A DNA stretch of 64,000 bases from the NCBI RefSeq assembly GCF_053078305.1, contig NZ_CP166879.1; one strand, 5' to 3'. Position numbers and translations under genes: made by a program. Numbering within the stretch: position 1 is the stretch's first letter; every line of letters begins with the position of its first letter. The notes below the pieces were generated by a model. It had not been told where the DNA came from. It saw only the letters and a list, made by a program, of their open reading frames with translations, and did not search any database. Positions 1 through 7,295 of this stretch are shown here, in pieces.

Positions 1-1
1 A

Positions 2-625
2 TTAATCCAGTTGCGTAATATCAAAAGCGGCGCGGTCGATCACCGCAATGATCTTTTTTATTTGTGCATCAGTGATATCGCTCTGGTTGACGCGTAAATC
101 CAGCACCGCTTTAAAATTATCCAGCGCCCGCTTCATTTGCGGGTTCTGGCGCAGCGCAGCACCAACGCAACGCGCTTTGATGCGTTCTTCAATCATCTCC
201 ACCTGTTCGCGGTTTTCTTCCAGCCACTGCGCGCCTTGTTCGGTCAGCGCAATCTGCTTCTTACCACCTTCCTCTTCGCGGATGGTAATCAGCGACTGCT
301 CCTGCAGAAAATCCAGCGTCGGGTAGATGACGCCCGGGCTTGGGGTGTAATTCCCCTGGGTTAGATTCTCAATCGCTTTAATCAATTCGTAACCGTGGCT
401 GTCATCGCGCGAGAGAATATCCAGAATCACCAGACGCAATTCACCGTGACCAAAGAAACGTTGCCGACGACCGCCGCCGCGACCGTGGCGACCACCGCAA
501 CATTGACCGTGTTCATGCTGGTGACCGTGTCCGCAGTGCTCGTGTTCTGACTTCTCACCTTTGCAGCAGCCCTCATGGCGTGGCTGGCCTTCATGTTTAC
601 AACACCCTTCGTGATGATGGCTCAT
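2..625 (-). CDS. yqjI: PadR-family transcriptional repressor YqjI (His/Cys-rich N-terminus)
   Basis: Complete 207-aa ORF; N-terminal HHHEGCCKHEG...HEH metal-binding-like tract followed by PadR-type winged-helix core; divergent from yqjH as in E. coli. Confidence 0.9.
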   Translation of the reverse strand: MSHHHEGCCKHEGQPRHEGCCKGEKSEHEHCGHGHQHEHGQCCGGRHGRGGGRRQRFFGHGELRLVILDILSRDDSHGYELIKAIENLTQGNYTPSPGVIYPTLDFLQEQSLITIREEEGGKKQIALTEQGAQWLEENREQVEMIEERIKARCVGAALRQNPQMKRALDNFKAVLDLRVNQSDITDAQIKKIIAVIDRAAFDITQLD

Positions 626-645
626 ATCAGCCTCCTTTTGCTTAA

Positions 646-659
646 TTAGATATATCTAA
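646..659. promoter_or_regulatory. Perfect 14-bp palindrome TTAGATATATCTAA, candidate YqjI operator
   Basis: Palindrome read directly; near-copy TTAGATATATCTGA at 876-889 on the other side of the divergent promoter region. Confidence 0.5.
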
Positions 660-725
660 TTTATATCTGATATGAGCGCTCTTGCAAGTGTAAAAATGAT
701 TTTTAAATGTGGACTCATCTCACAC

Positions 726-760
726 GTAGGCCGGATAAGGCGTTCACGCCGCATCCGGCG
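726..760. repeat. REP (repetitive extragenic palindrome) element
   Basis: GCCGGATAAGGCGTTCACGCCGCATCCGGC-type palindromic unit typical of E. coli REP. Confidence 0.7.
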
Positions 761-837
761 TTGAGTAATGATGCCTGAGAAGAGGCGGTTCGTCTTGTCA
801 GACTATAGACATATCAGTTCTACAAATCGCTTGCATT

Positions 838-866
838 TATCATGATTAACAATCATTATCATTTGC
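838..866. promoter_or_regulatory. Fur-box-like site upstream of yqjH
   Basis: TCATGATTAACAATCATTATCATT resembles GATAATGATAATCATTATC consensus; yqjH is known to be iron/Fur regulated. Confidence 0.5.
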
Positions 867-875
867 GAAAATTAT

Positions 876-889
876 TTAGATATATCTGA
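876..889. promoter_or_regulatory. Second copy of palindromic operator (TTAGATATATCTGA)
   Basis: Near-identical to 646-659 palindrome; located just upstream of yqjH start. Confidence 0.45.
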
Positions 890-912
890 TTACCATCACG
901 AAGGCGATAACA

Positions 913-1677
913 ATGAATAACTCCCCCCGCTACCCGCAGCGCGTTCGCAATGATCTGCGCTTCCGTGAACTGACTGTGTTACGCGTTGAGCGCATCAGCG
1001 CCGGTTTTCAGCGCATTGTCCTCGGCGGCGAGGCGCTGGACGGTTTTACATCGCGCGGCTTTGACGATCACAGCAAACTCTTCTTTCCTCAACCTGACGC
1101 TCACTTTGTGCCGCCAACGGTAACGGAAGAGGGCATCGTCTGGCCGGAAGGACCACGCCCACCGTCGCGTGACTATACGCCACTGTATGACGAACTACGC
1201 CATGAACTGGCGATTGATTTCTTTATTCACGAAGACGGCGTCGCCAGTAGCTGGGCAATGCAGGCCCAACCGGGCGATAAACTCACGGTGGCAGGTCCGC
1301 GCGGTTCGCTGGTGGTGCCGGAAGATTACGCGTATCAGCTGTATGTCTGCGATGAATCCGGAATGCCCGCACTGCGCCGCCGCCTGGAAACGTTGAGCAA
1401 ACTTGCCGTTAAACCGCAAGTTAGTGCGCTGGTTAGCGTGCGGGATAACGCCTGTCAGGATTATCTCGCGCACCTTGATGGTTTTAATATCGAATGGCTG
1501 GCACATGATGAGCAGGCGGTAGATGCGCGTCTGGCGCAGATGCAAATCCCTGCCGATGATTACTTCATCTGGATAACCGGCGAAGGTAAAGTCGTTAAGA
1601 ATTTAAGCCGCCGCTTTGAAGCGGAACAGTATGACCCACAGCGGGTACGTGCAGCGGCTTACTGGCACGCAAAGTAA
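913..1677 (+). CDS. yqjH: NADPH-dependent ferric-siderophore reductase (siderophore-interacting protein family)
   Basis: 254-aa ORF, FAD-binding/ferredoxin-reductase-like fold sequence matching E. coli YqjH; followed by hairpin terminator. Confidence 0.9.
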   Translation: MNNSPRYPQRVRNDLRFRELTVLRVERISAGFQRIVLGGEALDGFTSRGFDDHSKLFFPQPDAHFVPPTVTEEGIVWPEGPRPPSRDYTPLYDELRHELAIDFFIHEDGVASSWAMQAQPGDKLTVAGPRGSLVVPEDYAYQLYVCDESGMPALRRRLETLSKLAVKPQVSALVSVRDNACQDYLAHLDGFNIEWLAHDEQAVDARLAQMQIPADDYFIWITGEGKVVKNLSRRFEAEQYDPQRVRAAAYWHAK

Positions 1678-1696
1678 CTGATATATAAAAAGAAAA

Positions 1697-1725
1697 AGGC
1701 TGACGATTTCTCGTCAGCCTTTGCT
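1697..1725 (+). terminator. Rho-independent terminator of yqjH
   Basis: Hairpin AGGCTGACGA-TTTC-TCGTCAGCCT followed by T-rich tract. Confidence 0.6.
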
Positions 1726-1803
1726 ATATCTGGCCCTGCTGTCTTTGAACTGAATGCATATTTTGTTGATAAATAAAGATTATGTGTTTTTGATTTTCGT
1801 TTT

Positions 1804-1827
1804 GTATGCCTTTTTGTATGCCTTTTT
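1804..1827. repeat. Left direct repeat GTATGCCTTTTTGTATGCCTTTTT (putative att)
   Basis: Exact 24-bp copy of 10389-10412. Confidence 0.75.
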
Positions 1828-1985
1828 TGAAAAAGATACCCTTGTTGTTTGATCGTCGATAACGGGTATCAATGTGCACATGCAAATCGATGGCGTTTAT
1901 GTGTGCGCTGTCGAACGTTTGAAAATGGTTTTAGGGCGGTTTTAATGCTGGTTGATGTGGCGCTCTGTGGCGCTCGTTTTGGTGT

Positions 1986-2066
1986 GCTGGTGGCGGGGGT
2001 CGAACCCGCATACATGATCAGCCTGTACAGGCTGGCACCGACTCTACCCGTTGAGCGTACACCAGC
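1986..2066 (-). other. tRNA-like remnant (7-bp acceptor stem GCTGGTG/CACCAGC, canonical T-arm GCGGG-TTCGACC-CCCGC, aberrant anticodon arm, no CCA)
   Basis: Hand-folded from sequence; anticodon region replaced by perfect palindrome CAGCCTGTACAGGCTG. Confidence 0.45.
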
Positions 2067-2090
2067 AAAAAAGCGATGAGGTTGTTGGCT

Positions 2091-2178
2091 GCTGGTGGTG
2101 GGGGTCGAACCCACATAAACATCCCGCTTTCTGGAAGCTATACAAGCGGACGCCGCTTTACCGATTAAGAGTACACCA
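2091..2178 (-). other. Second tRNA-like remnant (T-arm GTGGG-TTCGACC-CCCAC plus CACCAGC 3' acceptor strand; 5' acceptor strand incomplete)
   Basis: Read from sequence; paralogous to 1986-2066 element. Confidence 0.35.
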
Positions 2179-2261
2179 TACAGCCAGGTAAAATAGTAAT
2201 CATGCGTTATGTGCGGGTAAAGTCTGTTTCGTCTGGTAGCACCAGATGAACGGGTATCATT

Positions 2262-2330
2262 ATTTCACCTGATTTCACGTGATTTCGCTTAATTTCACAA
2301 AAATCACCTTCTTTCACCTTCTTTCACAAA
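2262..2330. repeat. Array of six TTTCAC(C) direct repeats (iteron-like, crr-like)
   Basis: TTTCAC at 2264, 2274, 2294, 2313, 2323 plus degenerate copies; resembles P4 type I iteron TGTTCACC. Confidence 0.5.
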
Positions 2331-2461
2331 AAACAAATCATCATTAAAGCGCCTGATTCGCTCTCTGATGCGTTTTGGTGTTTTTGTGGCGTCCGTGATG
2401 CCCTGAAAGGGGATTTTTGCGATAGCGGCGCAAATATAACGGTTGCTGCTGGTATCTGTGG

Positions 2462-2869
2462 TTAGTCTTGCGTGATTTTATTGGCGTGCTTCTTTCTCAG
2501 TCGTCGTATGATGTCGTAAATATGGGTTTCGGATATTGCGTACTCTTTGCGTAATGCCTGCAATTTTTCGCCGTTATCCCACCTGTAGTAAATCTCGTAT
2601 TCGCGCAATGCTGCGAAAAGTGATCTGCCTGTTGGAAGGTAAAGACTTCGCCCACCAGCATAGAAGGCGATTGCAGCGACAACCCGCTTTGCGATTCTGA
2701 AAGCGTCTGCCTCCTCCATGCCATTACGGGTAAGTTCCGCTACTGAATGCGACACGATATCAGCAAGCGAATCACACCATGCATCACCTGGTTTATCTCC
2801 GTTGTCTATGGCGTCGATGAATTTAAGCCGCTCGATGTCTTTTGGTACGTGATGGGTTTGCTCGTTCAT
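2462..2869 (-). CDS. Mor-family-like transcriptional activator
   Basis: 135-aa ORF; C-terminal ...LYLPTGRSL...ISETHIYDIIRR pattern resembles Mor/C-type HTH domain. Confidence 0.55.
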   Translation of the reverse strand: MNEQTHHVPKDIERLKFIDAIDNGDKPGDAWCDSLADIVSHSVAELTRNGMEEADAFRIAKRVVAAIAFYAGGRSLYLPTGRSLFAALREYEIYYRWDNGEKLQALRKEYAISETHIYDIIRRLRKKHANKITQD

Positions 2870-2982
2870 CCGGTAGCCTCTTGCGTTGGTGTATCTGGTC
2901 CTACCAGTTTAATTTAACGTCGCAATAAAACGATATACACGCACACAATCAGAAAAGCCGTCTGACTGTTCCGGTCCCGTGC

Positions 2983-3255
2983 TTACTTCTGGTAGCTACG
3001 CCAGATTTTTTTACATCTCCCTCCTATCCCCATTTCTGCGTAAGTGCGGTTTACTGCTTTCCTCAGGTCTGCGTAGTTCTCCTCTGGCGGCTCCGGTGGC
3101 CTCTGTGCCTTCCCGTAACATTCTGCCCTGCGCATTGCCACCCGTTCGCGTTCCCTGTCAGTCTCCACCAGCATCATCACTTCAGCCCATCGCGCCGCCG
3201 CTCTCCGGTAAAAGCCCTTCGCCTCCAGCTCTTCCGCTATGCTGTCATGTACCAT
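2983..3255 (-). CDS. PerC-family transcriptional regulator-like protein
   Basis: 90-aa ORF with AEELEAKGFYRRAAARWAEVM motif typical of PerC/Pch proteins of prophage-like elements. Confidence 0.6.
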   Translation of the reverse strand: MVHDSIAEELEAKGFYRRAAARWAEVMMLVETDRERERVAMRRAECYGKAQRPPEPPEENYADLRKAVNRTYAEMGIGGRCKKIWRSYQK

Positions 3256-3265
3256 CGTTCACCCC

Positions 3266-3676
3266 TCAGAACGGAATATTGTCACCGTAAGGGTCATCGC
3301 CTCCCACTGGTGGCTGATTACCCTGTGTGCCTGTGGTCCTGCGTCTGTTGCCACCTGGTCGCGCCGTTTTCGCACTGATTACGCTGTCTGCAATGACCTG
3401 ATAACCCTGCCGCGTTTCCCCGTTCTGTCCGGTCCACTGACTGACCTGCATCACACCGGATACGCTGATTACGTTGCCTTTCTCATGTCCTGCCAGTTGG
3501 TCGGCCTGTTTGCCAAATGCCAGGACAGACAGCCATAACGTTGCCTGCCCGTCCTGCGCCTGACTGCATGGCAGCGATACCGCCATACGTGCCAGCGTCA
3601 TCGGTGTGCCCTTACTGGTCTGTTTTGTCTGCGGGTCGTCAATCAGTCGCCCGTAAGCTGCTATCTGCGCTGTCAT
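3266..3676 (-). CDS. Single-stranded DNA-binding protein-like (OB-fold, acidic ...DDPYGDNIPF tail)
   Basis: 136-aa ORF; glycine-rich linker and C-terminal acidic tip ending IPF as in SSB. Confidence 0.55.
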   Translation of the reverse strand: MTAQIAAYGRLIDDPQTKQTSKGTPMTLARMAVSLPCSQAQDGQATLWLSVLAFGKQADQLAGHEKGNVISVSGVMQVSQWTGQNGETRQGYQVIADSVISAKTARPGGNRRRTTGTQGNQPPVGGDDPYGDNIPF

Positions 3677-3777
3677 GATTCCACCTCTCCGGTTTTAACG
3701 TTGATGGTTGTTACCTGTTCCGCTTCTGCAATCTCCCGCTCTGTCAGCGTGGTAAAGTTTGCCGCTGCTGTGCTCAT
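3673..3777 (-). CDS. Small ORF (34 aa, MSTAAANFTTLTEREIAEAEQVTTINVKTGEVES) translationally coupled to ssb-like gene (ATGA overlap)
   Basis: Hand-translated; not in ORF track because below length cutoff. Confidence 0.3.
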   Translation of the reverse strand: MSTAAANFTTLTEREIAEAEQVTTINVKTGEVES

Positions 3778-3915
3778 GAATGCACTTATCAGCCAGGGGG
3801 CTTTCGCGTGTCTTTCTGCCGTGTTGTGGCCCTTCGTTCATGAGCAAAACACTTAAATAAAACTAAAGTGATTTTCTGTGTTTTCGTGCTGCTCTGCTCT
3901 GTGTTTTTTTGCCGT

Positions 3916-4130
3916 TTACTCACCACTACTCACTTTTTTTACTCACTTTTTGGAATCGCTCACTTCGTCTCACCTGAGATTTTTGGTGTTTTTATGTGTG
4001 TGTTTTATAAGTGGTTTTTTACTACTCACTTTTTTGCCTATATACAGGTGAGAAAGTGAGTAATTTTGTTAATTTTTTGTAAAATTACTCACTTTACTCA
4101 CTTTTGCTCCTCACTTTTTTACAGCGGTAC
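3916..4130. repeat. Iteron array: at least 8 copies of ACTCACTTT (one inverted), AT-rich; candidate replication origin
   Basis: Repeats read directly (e.g. TACTCACCACTACTCACTTTTTTTACTCACTTTTT; AAAGTGAGTA inverted copy); immediately 3' of replication helicase gene. Confidence 0.6.
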
Positions 4131-5516
4131 TACGTCATCGCCGTCAATGCGTATAGTCTCGTCTTTCTCCAGTTTTGCTAACCATCGCCGCATGTTTTTC
4201 ACGTCATACCCAAGCCGTTTCATGTCGTCGCGCAACAACGAAATAGTGCACTTGTCGCCGTGCTGTGTGCGTGACCGGATGCAGCCCCATAGCGCGGTAT
4301 GGTTTTCCGTCTTGTTGCCAGCCTCCTCGATGCGCTCCACTTCAACGGGATGACGCGGCTTATCCACCACAACCAGAGACGTGATTAACTCCCCGTCAGC
4401 GTCGGTAAAAAGCTCAACTACCCGCAAATCGTAGGCAGCTTCTTTGAGTTCCTCTGCGTCCTTCATTTTGGTACATGAGATAACCAGCGCTTCGCTTCCT
4501 GCGTCCTCCCTGCGTATCCGGTATTCAGCATCCAGTGATGCACGAAATGCACTGGAACCACGCGCCCCCTTTGTTTCATCCTTGCCGGAATGGTGAACCA
4601 CCAGCACCGTTGCCCCTGTGCGCCGTTTCAGTTCGTCACACCCACGGATAAACGCCCCCATATCACGGGAATCATTTTCATCATTGCCACCAAAGCAACG
4701 CGCCAGCGTATCCAGAATAATCATGCGTACAGGTTTACCCGTTTCCCGTTCCACCTGGCGGGCAGCGATAACCATTTCATCAACATCAAGCGGGGCAGCC
4801 GGAAAGATGGGGCGGTTTACCAGATACAGATTTTTCACCTGCTCACCGTGCACAACCTCCCAGGCTTTTACACGACGCGGAACGCCGATACCGCCTTCAC
4901 CAACCACATAGAGAACAGCGCCATGCGCCACCCTGCGGCCTCCCCACTGGCGGCCCGTGGAAACGTGACACGCCCACGAACCCGCAAGGAACGATTTATA
5001 GGAACCGCTCGCCCCGTATATGCTGCACAGCGATACCGCCGGAATAATCCCCTTAACCACGTAATCCAGTTGCGTGTCATATCCGGCAGAACCAACGCTC
5101 ATCGGTAGCTTTGTTTTGCGCTGGTGGCCTTTTTCTTCCTGCTTTTCCCCGCGCTCCCGTTCCAGATATTCGCGCCAGTTCTCCCGCTTCTGGCTGTGCA
5201 TCCCATCGGGGTAGTAATTCGCATCCTGTACGCCTGCCGCTGCCAGTTTTTGCGCGATGGCATTAATATTTGATGGTCTGATATGGCTTGCTTTGTACAG
5301 CCGGACGCAATAGCGCCCCTCGTCAATGATTTTCGTGTCTGCCAGTTCTGCCAGTTGCTGCTCCCCAAGCCATACAGGTGGCACATTATCGCCAGCAAGT
5401 CGGCCCTCCTGCTCCTGCCACTGCTTCGCGTGTGCCCAGGCATCACTACCCACAAAAATAATGACCTCGGTCATTTTGTCGTAAGGCTGTTTTTTTAAGT
5501 TCGGTGCGCTTTTCAT
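4119..5516 (-). CDS. Replication initiator/helicase (RecA-fold, AAA_25/RepA-like; P4 alpha-like role)
   Basis: 465-aa ORF; Walker A GASGSYKS, Walker B MIILDTLARCF...; C-terminal putative DNA-binding region; adjacent iterons. Confidence 0.8.
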   Translation of the reverse strand: MKSAPNLKKQPYDKMTEVIIFVGSDAWAHAKQWQEQEGRLAGDNVPPVWLGEQQLAELADTKIIDEGRYCVRLYKASHIRPSNINAIAQKLAAAGVQDANYYPDGMHSQKRENWREYLERERGEKQEEKGHQRKTKLPMSVGSAGYDTQLDYVVKGIIPAVSLCSIYGASGSYKSFLAGSWACHVSTGRQWGGRRVAHGAVLYVVGEGGIGVPRRVKAWEVVHGEQVKNLYLVNRPIFPAAPLDVDEMVIAARQVERETGKPVRMIILDTLARCFGGNDENDSRDMGAFIRGCDELKRRTGATVLVVHHSGKDETKGARGSSAFRASLDAEYRIRREDAGSEALVISCTKMKDAEELKEAAYDLRVVELFTDADGELITSLVVVDKPRHPVEVERIEEAGNKTENHTALWGCIRSRTQHGDKCTISLLRDDMKRLGYDVKNMRRWLAKLEKDETIRIDGDDVVPL

Positions 5517-5812
5517 TTCTTACCCCTGAATGCGTTAATCATCTTTTTCATCTTCTGTATTTTTGCCAGTGCCTTTACGTTGCTGGTGGGCACGTTACGC
5601 GGTACCGCCTGCACCAGAGAAAAATCACGGGAAAACTGATAAACAGGCATCACGCAGTCATATTCGTAGCCTTTACGGCGGTAGGTGACGCACCGCCCCG
5701 CCACGCCCTTAATCATTACCGTGCCGCCGTACTGGTCGCGGTAAATATCACCGCGCTTAAATTCAGGGCGAGGCTTGCCGCTGGCAGTTAAGCCAGTTTT
5801 TTTCATGTTCAT
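5513..5812 (-). CDS. Hypothetical small basic protein
   Basis: 99-aa ORF, stop overlaps helicase start (ATGA); no family recognised with confidence. Confidence 0.45.
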   Translation of the reverse strand: MNMKKTGLTASGKPRPEFKRGDIYRDQYGGTVMIKGVAGRCVTYRRKGYEYDCVMPVYQFSRDFSLVQAVPRNVPTSNVKALAKIQKMKKMINAFRGKK

Positions 5813-5885
5813 TTTTTTATCCTTTGTTCTGGTCAGTTACGCCGTTGCTGCATAAATGCGGTTAGCGGTGCCTGTCGTTGCCTTA

Positions 5886-6200
5886 TCACGAATGGCGATA
5901 ATCAGCACTGATATCTCCGTTACGACAACGCCAGTTGTACACCTCCACAACCTCACTGAATCCGGCCACAAGTTCAGCCGTAACAGCGATGGAATCGCCC
6001 AGGCTGCGCAGTTCGTCCATGTCAGGATCAATGCTGTCACTCATGCCAGAAAGTAAGCGCCCTGTGATAGCCAGCCCTTCAAGCAGTTTGCGGGCGTAGA
6101 AATCAGCATCATCAAACATCGCTCTCGCTTCCCGTGCGTCAGCTGCTTTTATGGTTGTAACCAGTTGTTCAAGTATTCTGGTGTTACACACATCACGCAT
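5886..6200 (-). CDS. Hypothetical protein
   Basis: 104-aa ORF in co-oriented gene train; no recognisable motifs. Confidence 0.45.
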   Translation of the reverse strand: MRDVCNTRILEQLVTTIKAADAREARAMFDDADFYARKLLEGLAITGRLLSGMSDSIDPDMDELRSLGDSIAVTAELVAGFSEVVEVYNWRCRNGDISADYRHS

Positions 6201-6363
6201 GACTCACCCCCTCACGAATAAGGGTGACAAAAATCAGATGGGTGTGCGGAAGTTGTGCGCGTGCTTCGTGCTCAGTGGCAGCGGTAACGGTGAATATTGC
6301 AATGCTGCCTGTCAGGCACTGCATAAAGCGCCAGACAAAGTAAGGGCGTGCGGATACAGCCAT
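6193..6363 (-). CDS. Icd-like small protein, copy C (56 aa; MAVSARPYFVWRFMQC...)
   Basis: Internal Met of ORF 6193..6687 preceded by strong SD (AGGAG, ~8-nt spacer); conserved C-terminal block shared by three tandem copies. Confidence 0.5.
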   Translation of the reverse strand: MAVSARPYFVWRFMQCLTGSIAIFTVTAATEHEARAQLPHTHLIFVTLIREGVSHA

Positions 6364-6649
6364 GTGAAAGGCTCCTATGTTTGAGGTAAGGAGTCTCGCT
6401 ACTACGCTGCTAAACATGGTGGCGAGACGTAACAGGGTTAGCAGACTGGCAACATAGAAACCAGCGAGCGCAAAGGCTCCCCCGTTACGCCCCGCCATAA
6501 TGCGGGTATGGGTAGGTTTACGGACACAAAAAAACCGCATATCGGAATGTAAGCGGCTGTCCGCTATGTTATTCAGGCTGCTAAACCCGGTCGCCATGTG
6601 GGTGACTCCGGCATCATACAGCCCGAAAGAAGAGGCGATCAACATGTTT

Positions 6650-6820
6650 TTATCCATGTGATGCCTCCTGACGGATACGGGCGACAAAAATCAGATGTGC
6701 GTGCGGCAGCCGGGCGCGTGCTTCGTGCTCAGTGGCAGCGGTAACGGTGAATACATCGATGTTACTGTGGTGGCACTGCATAAAGCGCCAGACAAAGTAA
6801 GGGCGTGCGAATACAGCCAT
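6650..6820 (-). CDS. Icd-like small protein, copy B (56 aa; MAVFARPYFVWRFMQC...)
   Basis: As copy C; SD AGGAG upstream of internal ATG at 6820. Confidence 0.5.
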   Translation of the reverse strand: MAVFARPYFVWRFMQCHHSNIDVFTVTAATEHEARARLPHAHLIFVARIRQEASHG

Positions 6821-7106
6821 GTGAAAGGCTCCTGTAGTGAAATTAAGGAGTCTCGCTACTACGCTGTCAAACATGGTGGCGAGACGTAACAGGGTTGACA
6901 GACTGGCACTACAGGAACCAGCGAGCGCAAAGGCTCCCCCGTTACGCCCCGCCATAATGCGGGTATGGGTAGGCTTACGGACACAAAAAAACCGCATATC
7001 GGAATGTAAGCGGCTGTCCGCTGTAGTATTCAGGCTGTCAAACCCGGTCGCCATGTGGACGACTCCGGCATCATACAGCCCGAAAGAAGAGGCGATCAAC
7101 ATGTTT

Positions 7107-7295
7107 TTAAGCATGACTCACCCCCTGACGAATACGGGCGGCGAATACAGCGACACAACCGGACGGGCAACGGTTACGCGCTTCGCGTTCCGTCCAGGCG
7201 GTTACGTGGATGATTTGACGTTCTGACGTGCCAAAGGTGATAAAGCGCCAGATAAAGGCGGTTTGAGAATGTACGAGGGCAGGGGTAGTAGCCAT
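7107..7295 (-). CDS. Icd-like small protein, diverged copy A (62 aa; MATTPALVHSQTAFIWRF...)
   Basis: SD AGGAGG upstream of ATG at 7295; C-terminus ...TEREARNRCPSG...ARIRQGVSHA homologous to copies B/C. Confidence 0.45.
   Translation of the reverse strand: MATTPALVHSQTAFIWRFITFGTSERQIIHVTAWTEREARNRCPSGCVAVFAARIRQGVSHA

Larger units (their letters stand above)
6193..7130. repeat. Two near-identical ~455-bp tandem repeat units (plus a diverged third unit to ~7652)
   Basis: 6230-6690 aligns almost base-for-base with 6690-7130 (e.g. AAAATCAGATG...GCGTGCTTCGTGCTCAGTGGCAGCGGTAACGGTGAATA...). Confidence 0.85.

Noticed and set aside
3868-4353. Plus-strand ORFs 3868..4059 and 4066..4353 rich in F/L/C
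   Set aside because: Lie inside the iteron array and antisense to the helicase gene; composition is an artefact of T-rich repeats
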